Source of the DNA: Phoronis australis
Lineage: Eukaryota; Animalia; Phoronida
Direction: 5' to 3'
Assembly (NCBI GenBank): GCA_002633005.1
Contig: NMRA01000241.1
Coordinates: forward strand, 290,952-354,951
Length of the DNA: 64,000 bases
The stretch's first letter is position 1, and each line of letters begins with the position of its first letter. Positions 62,852-64,000 of the stretch are shown piece after piece. The notes under the pieces are model-generated. The model worked only from the letters and a program-made list of their open reading frames with translations, had not been told where the DNA came from and did not search any database. A program made the position numbers and the translations under genes.

Positions 62852-64000
62852 CAGAGACCTATCGTCTTTGGTGTTGTTTTTCCCGTCCCGAGACACGAGA
62901 CCACGGTTTCGAGTTGAACACTGGGTAGAGCAAATTTAACAAGCTGATTTTTTACATTGCGGTCTATGGAACGCGAACAAAATGCTATTTTTTAAATAGC
63001 TAGTAGATAGCTAAAACATCGCTTGATAACAAATGTATGCCATCGGTACGCGGATGCTGCTGGGTTTTTTTTGTACACAGAATCTTCCAGGCTATTCATA
63101 GCTTTTATCCCTCAGACTCAGCTTCGTTGGGCTGTCGATGCCGGTGAAAGTAAACAATTGCGATTGTAATAAGTCTTCAATTGAAATAATTTAAAGACTT
63201 AATTTTACTTTGTGTCCAGGCTAATCAACAGTATCAATACTGACCTTGGGGTAAATTTCGTGAAAACGTGACCGACACTGCTAATTACAGAATTTTACCG
63301 ACAACATTGGCATTTTACTGGCGTTCCAAAATTAAGCATATGGGGTTCTCGGGAAGAAAAACGAGTTAGTGACAATCTTGGCTGAGTTGCATAAAGCTTC
63401 AAAAGTTATCCGCTGGATAAGTTTGTTTGTTGCATTACGTCAGGGGCATTGTTCAACAATAACAACGTGACGCGTGATAATGCGACGTCATTGATGCTAT
63501 ACGGCGTATAACTTTTATGCAACTGGGCCCAGTGGTGGGAATTGCATAATTGCTGCCACTTGATAATCTAATGGACATCTCTGGAAAAATATCGTACTTA
63601 CATAGGATGCGCACGTGGATTGGTTTGTTTACATTATTTACCTAATTACATACTCAAGATGGTGGACGAAACTGTGGACTCGTGCATTTATTCCAAAACG
63701 TAACCACTTTGTAAGATGAAGAAAAAATGCTCAACGTAGGGAATATGATCAAATGAACTCAATACCGGGTTAATGTTTCTACACTTCCCTGTACAATTCG
63801 TTATTGCGTTCCGACAAGGGTACTACGGATGGCCAGGTGTCAATGACTTCGATAGCAGTATAAAATCCATCGTCGATAGGACAACTTGAATTCTTGAGTA
63901 AAAATAGTTTCGACTCAAATTACCTGAAATCCTCCCAAATAGCCTTTCCTAACATTCTTAAGTTCCTGTGGACTCGGAGTCGGGATTAACCGCAGATTAA

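Noticed and set aside
1-64000. tRNA, rRNA or snRNA genes; prokaryotic operons or defence systems
   Set aside because: None recognisable by eye and the sequence is clearly spliced eukaryotic DNA; a tRNAscan-SE/Infernal run would be needed to exclude small RNAs formally.

Overview
AT-rich, intron-rich, repeat-rich eukaryotic (metazoan, probably marine invertebrate) genomic DNA; the ORF track is mostly noise because the genes are spliced. Manual splicing recovers two head-to-head genes with start codons 602 bp apart. (1) On +, a complete 8-exon gene (11080-23661, 1260 nt CDS, 419 aa) encodes a JmjC/cupin-fold 2-oxoglutarate oxygenase-like protein with an N-terminal signal peptide, a degenerate C-terminal EF-hand and a C-terminal HDEL, so it is predicted to reside in the ER lumen. 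Its metal motif reads H-Y-H...H instead of the canonical H-x-D/E...H. (2) On -, the first two coding exons of a PAF-acetylhydrolase (PAFAH2/PLA2G7 family) gene, whose remaining exons run off the left edge, with a candidate Ser-rich 42-nt cassette exon. The ~40 kb to the right has no intact gene I can support. It holds a decayed CR1/L2-like LINE, Helentron/DINE-1-like non-autonomous elements, several MITEs with visible TIRs and TSDs, minisatellites and possible pseudogene scraps. All calls are by eye; no database searches were run.
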